Below are positions 35,623-48,180 of a stretch of 48,366 bases of DNA, in pieces (positions within the stretch are counted from its first letter, which is position 1; each line of letters starts with the position of its first letter). The DNA is taken from the NCBI GenBank assembly GCA_038087875.1, contig JAXLNO010000354.1:1-48366 (forward strand). The letters are read 5' to 3'. Source of the DNA: Malacoraja senta. Its lineage: Eukaryota. The notes under the pieces are model-generated. The model made no database searches, was not told the DNA's origin, and saw nothing but the letters and a program-made list of their open reading frames with translations. The position numbers and the translations under genes are program-made.

Positions 35623-37222
35623 AAATGGTGTTGGATAGACTGCTGGGACTGAAGGCTGATAAATCCCCAGGGCCTGATGGTCTGCATCTCAGGATACTCA
35701 AGGAGGTGGCTCTAGAAATCATGCACACATTGGTAATCATTTTCCAATGTTCTATAGATTCTGGATCAGTTCCTGTGGATTGGAGGGTAGCTAATGTTAT
35801 CCCACTTTTTAAGATAGGAGGGAGAGAGAAAGTAGGGAATTATAGACCAGTTAGCCTGACATCGGTGGTGGGGAAGGTATTGGAGTCAATTATTAAAGAT
35901 GTACTGTAATAGCGGCGTATTTGGATAGCAGTAACAGGATCGGTCAGAGTCAGCATGGATTTACGAAGGGGAAATCTTGCTTGACTAATTTTCTGGAATA
36001 TTTTGAGGATGTAACAAGTAAAATGGATAAGGGAGAGCCAGTGGATGTAGTGTATCTGGACTTTCAGAAAGCCTTTGATAAGGTCCCACACAGGAGATTA
36101 GTGGGAAAATTAGAGCACATGTTATTGGGGGTAGGGTATTGACATGGATAGAAAATTGGTTGGCAGACAGGAAACAAAGAGTAGGAATGAACAGTTCCCT
36201 TTCAGAATGACAAGTAGTGACTAGTGGGGTGCTTCAAGGTTCGGTGCTGGGACCGCAGCTATTCACAATATATATTAATGATTTAGATGAAGGAATTAAA
36301 AGTAACATTAGCAAATTTGCAGATGACACAAAGCTGGGTGGCAGTGTGAACTGTGAAGGGGATGCTATGTGGATACAGGGTGACTTGGACAGGTTGGGTG
36401 AGTGGGCAGATGCATGGCAGATGCAGTTTAATGTGGTTTTTCACTTTGGTGGCAAGACCAAGAAGGCAAATTATTATCTGAATGGTATCAGATTATGAAA
36501 AGGAGAAGTACAACGAGACCTGGGTGGCCTTGTACATCAGTCACTGAAAGTAAGCATGCAGGTCCAGCAGGCAGTGAAGAAAGCTAATAGCATGTTGGCC
36601 TTCATAATGAGAGGATTTGAGTATAGGAGCAAAGAGGTCCTTCTGCAGTTGTACAGGGCCCTGGTGAGACCGCACCTGGAGTATTGTGTGCAGTTTTGGT
36701 CTCCTAATTTGAGGAAGAACATTCTTGCTATTGAGGGAGTGCAGCGTTAATTCCCGGGATGACGGGAATGTCATATGATGAAAGAATGGAACGACTGGGC
36801 TTGTATGCACTGGAATTTAAAAGGATGAGAGGGAATCTTATAGAAACATATAAAATTATTAAGGGATTGGACACGCTAGATGCAGGAAACATGTTCCCGA
36901 TGTTGGGGGAGTCCAGAACCAGGGGCCACAGTTTAAGAATAAGGGGTAGGCCATTTACAACTGAGATGAGAAAAAACGTTTTCATCCAAAGAGTTGTGAA
37001 TTTGTGGAATTCTATGCCTTAGAAGGCAGTGGAGGCTGACTCACTGGATACATTCAAAAGAGAGTTAGATAGAGCTCTTAGGGCAAGCGGAATCAAGGGA
37101 TATGGGGAGAAGGTAAGAATGGGTTACTGATTGTGGATGATCAGTCATGATCACAATGAATGGTGTTGTTGGCTTGAAGGGTTGAATGGCCTACTCCTGC
37201 ACCTATTTTCTATATATCTATG
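35623..37222 (+). mobile_element. CR1 LINE, 5'-truncated, RT through 3' tail, multiple stops and frameshifts
   Basis: Successive ORFs KSPGPDG, NYRPVSLTS, YLDFQKAFDKVPH, FADDTK, LVRPHLEYCVQFW, TRGHSLRI. Confidence 0.95.
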
Positions 37223-37412
37223 CTGGAGTAACTTAGTGGGACAGGCAGCATCTCTGGATAGAAGGAATGGGTGACGTTTCGGGTCAAGAAGGGTCTCGTC
37301 CTGAAACGTCACCCATTCCTTCTCTCCAAAGATGCTGCCTGTCCCACTGAGTTACCCAGCATTTTGTGTCTATCTTAGGTTTAAACCAGCATCTGCAGTT
37401 CCTTCCTGCACA
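37222..37412. mobile_element. Palindromic Penelope-derived insertion
   Basis: tgctggagtaact...gggtgacgtttcgggtc / gggtctcgtcctgaaacgtcaccc...gttacccagcattttgtgtc. Confidence 0.8.
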
Positions 37413-37626
37413 CTTTGATTTTGTTGGCTGCTTCACCAAGGTAGCGTGAAGTCAATGGTGGGGAGTCTGTCCTGAGTGCTGAACTGGACTACTACATCCG
37501 CAACTCTCTGCAATGTTCATGACCCAGAAACTCCTTTATACACCAAAAAATGGGTGCTGTGCTTCAGCCACAGTGGAACAATCTAACGCCATTCTAGATG
37601 TCTCAGTGTTGTAGGGAGATCTGTAA

Positions 37627-38435
37627 GGGCGGCACAGTGGCGCTGCGGTAGAGTTGCTGCTTTCAAGGCCTGTCCCACTTTCATGACCTAATTCATGACC
37701 TATGCCGAGTTTGCCCTTAACTCATACTCGCAGCATGGTCGTCGCGAGGTCGTAGGAGGTCGTAGGTAGGTCGTAGCAGGCCGTGATGTTAGTCGTAGGT
37801 ACTCGTGGCATCAAGTAGGTCGGGGTGTTTTTTCTAGCATGATGAAAAATGTCCACGAGTAAAAAAGGTTGTGAATTAGGTCATGAAAGTGGGACAGGCC
37901 CTTTACAGCGCCAGAGACCCAGGTTCGATCATAACTACAGTTGCTGTCTATACAGAGTTTGTACGTTCTCCCTGTGACCAGTGTAGAACGTTTGGGGAGA
38001 AGATAAAATTGGGCCGTGCAGAGCTGGGGAAGAAGGGTCTCGACCCGATACATCACCAATTCCTTCTCTCCATAGAGGCTGCCTCACCCGCTGAGTTTCT
38101 CCAGCATTTTGTGTCTACCTCCATGTGACCACGTGGGTTTTCTCTGGGTGCTCCGGTTTCCTCCCATTTTCCAAAGGAGTACAGATTTTTATGTAGTGTA
38201 GGAAGGAACTGCAGATGCTGGTTTGAACTGAAGATTGACACAAAAAGCTGGCGTAACTCAGCGGGTCAGATAGCATCTCTCGATAAAACGAATAGGTGAT
38301 GTTTCGGGTTGAGAACCTTCTTCAGACCTCAATTGGCTTCTGTAAGTTGTAAATAGTTTCTAGTTTGTAGGATAGTGCTACAGACTCGGTGGGCCGAAGG
38401 GCATGTTTCTGTGCTGTATCTCTATAGTCTAAAGT
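37627..38435 (+). mobile_element. HE1-type SINE carrying three nested insertions
   Basis: HE1 pieces at 37627-37664, 37903-37980, 38119-38195 and about 38329-38435. Confidence 0.85.
37665..37902. mobile_element. PIF/Harbinger MITE, 238 bp, inserted at the TTA of an HE1 SINE
   Basis: TIR GGCCTGTCCCACTTTCATGACCTAATTCA at both ends; right flank TTA, left flank TTC (mutated TSD); host sequence gctgcc-tta-cagcgcc. Confidence 0.9.
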
Positions 38436-38671
38436 TTATCTGACCCTGGACCTTTCATTGAGGATTTTGTATAGTCTCGGACACATCTGCAGTGTGATGG
38501 TCTTTGCCAAATTGTGTTCATAGGTCTGTTAGATGCAAAATCCTTCTTCAATGAGATTTTGAAACTTAACGGTTTGAAAAATGATAGATCTTATTAAATA
38601 TAGAACAACCTACTGTACCCCAACAAAATTTTGTAAACCAGCATCTGCAGTTCCTTGTTTATACAAAATTA

Positions 38672-38958
38672 GACTTTAGAGATATAGCGTGGTAACAGGC
38701 CCCTTCGGCCCACTGAGTCTGGGCCGACCAGCGATCACCCCATACACTAGCTCTATCCTGCACACTAGCAACAATTTACAGAAGCCAATTAACCTACAAA
38801 CCAGTACGTCATTGGAGTGCGGGAGGAAACCAGAGCAACCAGAGAAAGCCCATGCAGTTTCAGGGAGAACGTTCAAACTCCGAACAGACAGCATCCTTAG
38901 TCAGGATCGAACCTGGGTCTCTGCCCCTGTAAGGCAGCAACTCCGCCTCTGTGTGCCC
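38672..38958 (-). mobile_element. HE1-type V-SINE
   Basis: Full reverse copy. Confidence 0.85.
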
Positions 38959-39134
38959 TGAAGAGCTATATTCCACTTGCCTTCCCATCCCCATGCAATA
39001 AACATGTCTCCTAATTGGCATTGCTCTTCACCCATTTGTTAAAATCCCTGGAAATATTCACTCCCCTGTCTCATCATTGCAGCATCCACTCATTCAGTGA
39101 CAATGTTCCCCTGTAGTTTGAAAAATGTGACTTG

Positions 39135-39422
39135 CTGGAGTTGCTGCCTTTCAGCGGCTGAGACCCGGGCTCAATCCTGACTACAGGTGCTGTCTGTGCG
39201 GAGTTTGCATGTTCCTCCTGTGACTGCGTGGGGTTTCTCCAGCTGCTCTGGTTTCCTCCCACACTCCAAAGACGTGTGGGTTTTAGGTTAATTGGCTTCT
39301 GTAAATTGTCCATAGTGTGTAGGATAGAACAGGTGTGGATGGGTGATCGCTGGTCGGCATGATCTTGGTGGGCTGAAGGGCCTGTTTCCATGCTGTACCT
39401 CCACACTAAACTAAACTAAACC
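39135..39422 (+). mobile_element. HE1-type V-SINE
   Basis: gagttgctgcc...gggctcaatcc...(ctaaa)n. Confidence 0.85.
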
Positions 39423-40229
39423 AAGCATTCAGATGACAGGCAATGCTGTTTAGTTGCCGTCAATAACTTAAACGGCAGTTACTACTCCAATTTTTCTGTG
39501 AAAGGGGGCTAAGAAGTATCGTTGATTTAACTTTGTATTGTGATCGCTTTCAAGGATATTCAAACTTTTTATGTGCTTGCCTCAATCAGGTGCTTCCTGC
39601 AGTGATCAAAGCCTAAGAGTTGAAGCATAGACGAGAGTACAGGATATAAAGGTTTCTGCTCAGGTGAGTGTTTTTGAAGTGGGAGACTTGCTGGCACGTG
39701 GTTGCGGCTTGTCAAACACACTTCAAACACTTTTTCAAGGTGTCAACCGCAGCTCAAGTGGGTGGGAATATTTTCTATGAACATTTTGAGGTTTAACTCT
39801 AAACGCTGGGACAGTGCGGAGGAGGTTTCCATGGGCAGGGGAGTTCTTATGGACTGGAAATATAATGGAGTCGTGGAGACAAGAGTCACAGCAGAAATAC
39901 AGGCTCTGCTATTGCCCATGCAAACAGAACAGGCCCAACTTGCCAATGCCAACCATGAGGCCCCATGAACACCAATCCCATCTACCCGCGTTTGGCCCAT
40001 ATCCCTCTAAATCTTTCCTATCCATGTACCTATCCAAGTGTCTTTTAAATGTTGTGTAAGTTCCTAAGTGTTAAGAGCAAAATTAGGCCATTCGGCCCAT
40101 CAAGTCTACTCTGCCATTCAATCATTGCTGATCTATCTTTCCCTCTTAACCCCAATAAAGTACCAGCCTCAACGACCTCCTCTGGCAGCTCGATTCACAT
40201 GCCCACCACTCTCTGTGTGAAAAAGTTGC

Positions 40230-42330
40230 CCCTCAGGTTCCTATTAAATCTTTCCAGGGCATTGCAATTTATTCATTAGCTTCATGGATATATCTGATTA
40301 GGGCCGGGCGATTTATCTTGCCTGAGATGGCAATTAATCTTGCCTATTTATCTTAACCTTGATATCCTTTTGGATGACGACACCTCTTCGACCGTAATAC
40401 AGACTGTCCTCAAGATATCTCCATTAACTGTCCCCAGTTCCCTAATCTTCATGTGCTTCTCCATGGTAAATTTAGAGAAGAAATACTCATTGAGGACCTT
40501 GGCCATCTCCTGCAGCTCCACACAGACATGACTGCTTTGGTTTCTGAGGGGCCCTATTCTCTTTTTAGTTACGACTCTTCCCTTAATGTACATATCAAAT
40601 ATCTTTGAATTTTCTTTATATTATCTGCCGGTACTATCTCCTGCCCCCCCTTTTGTTCTCCTTATTTCCTTCTTCATTATGCTCCTCGGGTCCTGAAATT
40701 CTTCCAGGGATATCTACCTGGTGGAGCACGATCAATCCTGCCTGCCAGAATATTGGTTCCCCTCCACTTCTGGTGCAACCCATCCCTCTTGTACAGGTCA
40801 TCTCTACCCCAGAAGAGATCCCGAAAATCTGAATCCCTGTCCCCTGCACCAACACCTCAGCCACACATTCAACATCCCAATCTTCCCTCACTACCACGTG
40901 GCACTGGGAGTAATCCAGAGATCACTACCCTGGAGAGCCTGCTTTTGAACCTACTGCCTAACTCCGAATACTCCAAAAATGCTGGACCTCACCGCTTTTT
41001 CTACTAATGTAATTTGTGCCAACATGCACAACAACTTTCGGCTGCTCCCCCTCCCCCTTGAGAATGCCACAGAGCCACTCCAAGACTTCCTGGACCCTGG
41101 CACCAGGAAGGCAACACACCATCCTGGAGTCTCGACTGCTGCCACAGATGCTCCTGCCTGCCCCCTTCATAAAAAATCTCCAACCTCTATGGTTCTGCCT
41201 GACATTACCCTTCCCTGCTGTATCTCAGTGCCACAGACCTGACTGCCACTGTTGCTCACCTCTGACAGGTCATCCAACTCAACAGTATCCAATATACGGT
41301 TAGTTTAGTTGAGAGATACAGCGCGGAAACAGGCCCTTCAGCCCATTGAGTCCGCACCGACCAGCGATCCCCGTACATTAACACTACACCTACGCACACT
41401 ATGGACTTTTTTTTACACCAAGCCAAATAGCCAACAGACCTGCAAGTCTTTGCATTGTGGCAGGAAACCAAAGATCTCGGAGAAAACGCACGCAGGTCAC
41501 GGGTAGAACGTACAAACTCTGTACGGACAGCACCCGTAGTCGGGATTGAACCCGGGTCTCTGGCACTGTAAGGCGTGAGCTCTACTACTGCGCCACAGTG
41601 CCGCCCCATATGTTTTAGTTTAGAGATACAGTTTAGAGAAACAGCACGGAAACAGGCCCTTCGGCCCACCGGGTCCGCGTGCCGACCAGCGATCCCCACA
41701 CATTAACACTATCCTACACCCATTAGGGACAATTTTTACATTTACCAAGCCAATTAACCTACAAACCTGTACGTCTTTGGCATATTTGAGAGGGAATGGC
41801 CACAGGGGTCACCTGCGGTCTCTGCCTACTCCCTTTTCTCGTGGTCACTCATTTATTCGCATCCTGCACCTTACGCGTGGCCACCTCTCTATAACTCCTA
41901 TCTGTGAATCTCTCGTTCTCCCTGTTGATCTTGAGGTCATCCACCTGTCGCTCCAGTTCCCTAATGCGGCCCATGAGGAGCTGCACCTGGATACAGTTCC
42001 CACAGGTGTAGTCATCGGGGATACCAACAGTTTCCCTGACTTCCCACATCCTGCATGCGGAACCATTCTACTAACCACCGCTACTGCACCAAAACCAAAA
42101 GGAAAAGAAGCACAACAATCACACACCAGAAATGTTAGACTGTATCTTTACTTCCTGTAACCCTCTGCTCAGTCTTTGCTCAGCTCCCTCGCTGAAGCCT
42201 CTTGACCAAAAGCCTCACACTTACTCTCCACGCGTCCCTTAAACACAGCATCTCGCAAAACAAGGTCACTCCCAACAGGCCATTCCATTACGTCTTCCCT
42301 TCTTTATATTGGCTGCTCTATTCACCAATT
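40230..42330 (-). mobile_element. CR1 LINE 5' portion with ORF1 remnants (zinc finger/leucine zipper plus SGNH esterase), interrupted by HE1 SINEs at 41298-41778
   Basis: 41849..42049 MWEV...YTCGNCIQVQLLMGRIRELERQVDDL; 40958..41170 MVCCLPGARVQEV...VVVHVGTN; downstream ORF2 remnants (EMAKVLNEYFFSKFT). Confidence 0.82.
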
Positions 42331-42436
42331 TTGATCACTACACAAATCCACCAGCTTCCTTTTGAAATCTGCCGCCGCTGTTCCAACACTGAAATATACT
42401 CAGTGGGTCAGGCAGCATCTCTGGAGAAAATAAATA

Positions 42437-42768
42437 GTTTAGTTTAGTTTAGTTTAGTTTAGAGATACAGCGTGGAAACACGACCTTCAGCCCGCCGGGT
42501 CCGCGCCGACAAGCGATCCCCGCATATTAACACAATCCTACACCCACTAGGGACAATTTTTACATTTATACCAAGCCAATTAACCTACGTAGCTGCACGT
42601 CTTTGGAGTGTGGGAGGAAACCGAAGATCTCGGAGGAACCCCACGCAGGTCACGGGGAGAACGTACAAACCCCGTACAGACAACAAATGTAGTCACGATC
42701 GAACCCGGGTCTCTGGCGCTGTGAGCGCCGTAAGGCAGCAACTCTACCCCTGCGCCACCGTGCTGCCC
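42437..42768 (-). mobile_element. HE1-type V-SINE
   Basis: (tttag)n tail to head tgcgccaccgtgctgccc. Confidence 0.9.
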
Positions 42769-43268
42769 TTGCTACACTGAAATAGACTCACTCAACAAAT
42801 CTAACGGCTGTCTTTATTTTCAACCAAAAAACAGGTAAAAAAGAAGTTGTCATAAAGAAAATCCTGAGATACTATTCTGGTATTTAGTTAACGTTCAATT
42901 CAACCCACAATGGACATTCCCAAAGAGCAGGTTATCTTTTCATGATCACGTTGCTATCATTAGGACTTTGTTCTGTGCAAAGCCACTGGTGCGATTTTTT
43001 CAATAGCAACTGTGGATACACTTACAACATCGTCCATTGTCTTAGGACTTTATCATGCCCTGCTATCAAGGAAAGTACTTTTTTAAAAGCAAGCCTTTTT
43101 TCCTGCTGTTTGATCAGCTTCAGCGGCACCAGAGTCAAAGGCAACCTCTTTGTCTAACAGACATACACACACACACACACACACATTGTCGGCAGAGGTG
43201 ATTAAATGTGTGAACTGCGGTTGAATCACACGCTCCAGTCAATGGATAGTCAGGACAGCTGAAACAAT

Positions 43269-43422
43269 GGTTTAAGAAAGAACTGCAGATGCTGGCGAAA
43301 TCGAAGGTAGACACAAAATGGTGGAGAAACTCAGCGGGCGAGGCAGCATCTATGGAGAGAAGGATTTGGCGATGTTTCGGGTCGAGACCCTTCTTCAGAC
43401 TTCTCCAGCATTTTGTGTCTAC
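43269..43422. mobile_element. Penelope-derived insertion with a perfect 13-bp TSD and an intact hammerhead-like core (minus, 43371-43398)
   Basis: CAGCTGAAACAAT at 43256-43268 and 43423-43435. Confidence 0.88.
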
Positions 43423-43450
43423 CAGCTGAAACAATCCTCAGACTACTCCT

Positions 43451-43581
43451 AAGATAGACACAAAAAGGAAGGAGTAACTCAGCGGGACAGGCTGCATCTC
43501 TGTGGAGAATGAATGGGTGACGTTTTGGGTCGAGACTCTTCTTCACCCATTCCTTCACCCCAGAGATGCTCCCCAGACACA
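43451..43581. mobile_element. Second Penelope-derived insertion with a 14-bp TSD
   Basis: CTCAGACTACTCCT (43437-43450) / CTCAGGCTACTCCT (43582-43595). Confidence 0.8.
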
Positions 43582-44453
43582 CTCAGGCTACTCCTGCTGG
43601 AATCTGCTCACTTAAGACAATTCATCTGTTGAATTGTCTTAATTGAATTGGAGACGGCGTTCCGGCTTTCGGCGGCGGCGACATCACCACGGAGGTCCAC
43701 TGGACTGGAGGGCGGCATCTTCGGCCTGGATCGATCGCCTCAGCGCAGAGGGAGAACAAGGAGGGAAGAGACGGAGACTAAGACTTTGCCTCCATCACAG
43801 TGAGGGTGTGCTTGGTGAACTCACTGTGGTGGATGTTTAATTTGTGTTTATTGTATGTTTTGTTATTATTGGTTCTGTGTATGACTGCAGGCATCACAAT
43901 TTCGTTCAGACCGAAAGGTCTGAATGACAATAAAGGAAACTTGACTTGATTCTTGATTCTTGAAGTGATGACCTGCTGTTTTCGTTTAGAGATACAGCAT
44001 GGAAACAGGCCCTTTGGCCCACCGAGTTTACGCATCCTCCACAATGCTTCTAGGCTCCTATAAAGATGAACTTGATGGAAGGAAGACACGAGCCAGTGAT
44101 GGACTGGGCTGTGATGAACACTCTTTGCAGATTCAGTGGTCAAGGCCAGAACAGTTGTCATACCAGTCTGAGATGCATCCCATCAGAATTCTTCCTATGG
44201 TTCATCTGTGGTAGTTCGGGATAATCCTCATGGATGTGCCAAATCTTCACAAACGCCAGAGAAAACAAATGTGCTGATTTGCTTTCTTGATTTCTGCATT
44301 AGCGTCCAGGGACCTGAGGCTCTCAACCATCTCTACTGCAGCTCCGTTGATGAGGACAGGGTTGTGTTTACCCGCAGAAACAAGGCCTTCGGCCCATCGA
44401 GTTCATGCCGACCAGCGATCACCCCATACACTAGCACTATTCTACACACTAGT

Positions 44454-45347
44454 TTCGGTGGTTTTGCATATAATGGTGATTGTGAAAAATTGCAGCAGGA
44501 TCTTGATCGATTGGCCATGTGGGCTGAGGAATGGTTGATGGAATTTAATACAGAGAAATGTGAGGCGTTGCATTTTGGGAAGTCTAACATGGGCAGGAAC
44601 TACGCAGTGAATGGTAGGGCTCTGGGGAGTGTTGTAGAGCAGAGGGATCTAGGAGTGCAGGTGCATGGTTCCTTGACGGTGGAGTCACTGGTAGATAAGG
44701 TGGTCAAAAAGGCTTTTGGTACATTGGCCTTCATCAGAGTATTGATTATAGAAGTTGGGAGGTCATGTTGCAGTTGTATAAGACGTTGGTGAGACTGCAT
44801 TTAGAGTACTGTGTTCAGTTCTGGGCACCATGCCAAAGATATTGTCAAGCTGGAAAGGGTACAGAGAAGATTTACAAGGATGTTGCCAGCGCTAGAGGGT
44901 CTGAGCTGTATGCAGAGGTTGAGTAGGCTGGGTCTCTATTTCTTTGAGTACAGGAGGATGAGGGGTGATCTTCTAGAGGTATATAAAATCATGAGAGGAA
45001 TAGATTGGGTAGATGCACAGAGTCTCTTGCCCAGAGTAGGTGAATCGAGGACCAGAGGACATAAGTTTAAAGTGAAGGGGAAAAGATTTAATAGGATTCT
45101 GAGGGGTAACTTTTTCACACAAAGGATGATGGGTGTATGGAACAAGCTGCCAGAGGATGTAGTTGAGGCAGGGACTATCCCAACATTTAAGAAACAGTTA
45201 GACAGGTACATGGACAGGACAGGTTTGGAGGGATATGGACCAAATGCGGGTGGGTGGGACTAGTGTAGCTGTGACACATTGGCCAGTGTGGGCAAGATGG
45301 GCCGAAGGGCCTGTTTCCGCACTGTTTCATCCTTTGACTCTATGACT
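44454..45347 (+). mobile_element. CR1 LINE 3' portion (HER1-like, shares the HE1 tail) nested in an HE1 SINE (44376-44452 and 45351-45533)
   Basis: LQQDLDRL..WAEEWLMEFNTEKC; LERVQRRFTRMLP...WNKLPEDVVEAG; tail gggccgaagggcctgtttcc. Confidence 0.92.
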
Positions 45348-45987
45348 CCATAGGCTAATTAACCTACAAACCTGTACGTATTTTGAGTGTGAGAGGAAAC
45401 CGGAGCACCTGGTTAAAACCCAAACAGTCACAGGGAGAAGGTGCAAATTCTGTACAGGCAACACCTGTCGTCAGGATCGAGCTGGGTCTCTGGCGCTGTA
45501 AGGCAGCAACTCTACCGCTGCACCACTGTGCCGCTTCCTTAGGTCAACAAGCAACTCTTTTGTCTTGCTGACGTTAAAAGTCCGGTTATTGCCCTGACAT
45601 CATGCTACCAGGCTCTTGGTCTCTTTACTACACTTTGTCTCATCGTTGTTGCAGATCTGGCCATCAACAGCGGTATCATCGGCGAGCTTAACGTTTGAGT
45701 TGCCGTTGGCTTGGCCCCACAATGCTGGGTAGACAGGAAATAGTGCAAGGGACTGAGCACACAACCATGAGGGGTCCCTAGAGCTGAGGGTCAGGGTGGA
45801 GGAAATACCACGGCCATTTCCAAATGACAGAGGCCCAGAAGTTAGTTACAGATGGAGCCGACAAGATCAAGGTGCAAACATTTAAGGGAAGATACATAGA
45901 ACTACAGACGCTGGTTCACATAAATGACACTAAGTGCTGGGAGTAACTCAACGCATCAGGCAGCATCTCCAGAGAACATGGATAGGT

Positions 45988-46015
45988 GACGTTTCGGGTC
46001 AAGACCCTTCTTCAG
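45988..46015 (-). ncRNA. Minimal type I hammerhead-ribozyme-like motif (best-preserved copy), in a PLE-derived fragment
   Basis: CUGAAGA-A-GGGUC(UU)GACCC-GAAA-CG-UC: complete catalytic core, stem II and palindromic ACGU stem III; stem I is weak. Confidence 0.55.
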
Positions 46016-46782
46016 ATACAGGAGATGATGATCAGGTTTAAGGATGATCTCATTCAGAATTATGGTGTTGAATAACACCATAAAACCAAACCACACCAGA
46101 GTTGGGACTTCTGGCCTTTTGGTGCAATGACAGTGAAAGAGCAACCTTATTATTCCAAGGAAGGATAGCATTTCCCATTCAGTTCAGTTTATTGTCCCCA
46201 TGTACGGTGTAGAGCTTTTGTTCCATGCTATCCAGCAAGCAGAAAGACAATGCATGATTACAATGGAGCCATTTTATGTGAATAGATACATGATAAGGGA
46301 ATAACGTTTAGTGGAAGGTTAAGCCAGCAAAGTCCGATCAAGGATAATGGGGTTGACAGTAGTTCAGCACTGCTCTCTGGTTGTGGTAGGATGATTCAGT
46401 TGCCTGATAACAGCTGGGAAGGAACTGTCTCTGCTGGAGGTGTGCGTTTTCACACTCCTATGCCTTTTGCCTCTGAGTACGCCTTCAGATTTTTGGTCCT
46501 AAATAGCACACACCCCAAGCTTGTGATTTATTTGTTGTCAAAATATTACGTGATGCTTCTGCCTGTTATTTTTAGAAAAAGCAATTTGTTTCACACTGCT
46601 CTTTGTCGCCATCTGCTGGATTTACTATCAGCAACTGCCTCAACTAAAAATGTCTATGAAGGACACAAAAAGCTGGAGTAACTCTGCAGCATCTCTGGAG
46701 AGAAGGAATGGGTGACGTTTCGGGCCGAGACCCTTCTTCAGATCCGACCTGTAACGTCACCCATTCCTTCTCTCCAGAGATG

Positions 46783-47600
46783 ACACATGGCGTCCTGGTA
46801 CCTTCGTAACAACCTGGAGCTCAATGCTCTTAAGACGGTGGAATTGATAGTAGACTTTAGGAGAGCTCACCCTCCCCTCCCCCCACTCACCATCAACAAC
46901 ACCACAGTCACATCTGTGCAGACCTTAAAGTTCCTTGGAACCATCATCTCCAAGGACCTTAAATGGGGGGCCACCAACGACACCACAGTCAAAAAGGCAC
47001 ACCAGAGGATGTACTTCCTGCGGCAGCTGAGGAAACACAATCTGCCACAGGCAATGATGGTCCAATTCTATATGGCCATCGTAGAGTCTGTCCTCACCTT
47101 CTCCATCATGGTCTGGTTTGGCTCAGCCGCCAAGCACGACACCTGGAGGCTGCAGCGAATCATTTGATCAGTTGAGAAGGTTGTTGACTGCAACCTTCCC
47201 TCCATTGACGAACTGTACACTGCAAGGGCCAGGAAGCGAGTGGGTAAGATCATCTCTGACCCCTTTCACCCTGGCCACAAACTCTTTCAATAATTTCCCT
47301 CTGGAAGGCGACTCCGGACTGTCAAAGCTGCCACAGCCAGACATAAAAACAGCTTTTTTTTCCACGAGTAGTAGCTCTACTCAATAACCAAAAATCTGTA
47401 ACCTCATTTTGCTCTGGTATTTTATTTCATTCACCTGTTTAAATTATAATGTTTTATTCTTAATGTTTTAAACGTTTTATGTTTTATTCTTAATGGTTTA
47501 CTGTATGCCGTGTTGTTACTTGCAAGCAGAGCATCAAGGCAAATTCCTTGTATGTGTATATACTTGGCCAATAAACTTATTCATTCATTCATTCATTCAT
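46783..47600 (+). mobile_element. Rex1/Babar LINE 3' portion
   Basis: LNALKTVELIVDFRR...FLGTIISKDLKW...KKAHQRMYFLRQLRK; (attc)n tail. Confidence 0.92.
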
Positions 47601-47844
47601 GCTGCCTGCCCCGCTGAGTTAATCCAGGTTTTTGTGTTTATCTTCGGTTTAAACCCAGCATCTGCGGTTCCTTCTTACACATATGTGGAAAGGAATCAAG
47701 TAATCCGATAAAAAATAGCAATGTTTACTTCATACCTTGTCCAATTTTTATTTTATTTAATTCCCAAATTGAGAAAAGGCCTACATTTATTCTGTTGTTG
47801 CACTAAGGCTAGAGATTGTAAATATGCTTCTGCGCAAGAATAGT

Positions 47845-48180
47845 GAAAGGCCTGGATAGAGTGGATGTGGAGAGGATGTTTCCACTAGTGGGAGAGTCTA
47901 GGACCAGAGGTCAGCCTCAGAATTAAAGGACGCTCCTTTAGGATGGAGATGAGGAGGAATTTCTTTAGTCAGAGGGTGGTGAATCTGTGGAATTCATTGC
48001 CACAGAAGGCTGTGGAGGCCAGGTTAATGGATATTTGTAAGGCAAAGATAGATAGATCCTTGATTAGTATGGGTTATGCGGAGAAGGCAGGAGAATGGGG
48101 TGAGGAGGGAGAGATAAATCAGCCATGATTGAATGGCGGAGTAGACTTGATGGGCTGAATGGCCTAATTCTGCTCCTATC
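47845..48180 (+). mobile_element. CR1 3' end
   Basis: EMRRNFFSQRVVNLWNSLPQKAVEA plus tail. Confidence 0.88.
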
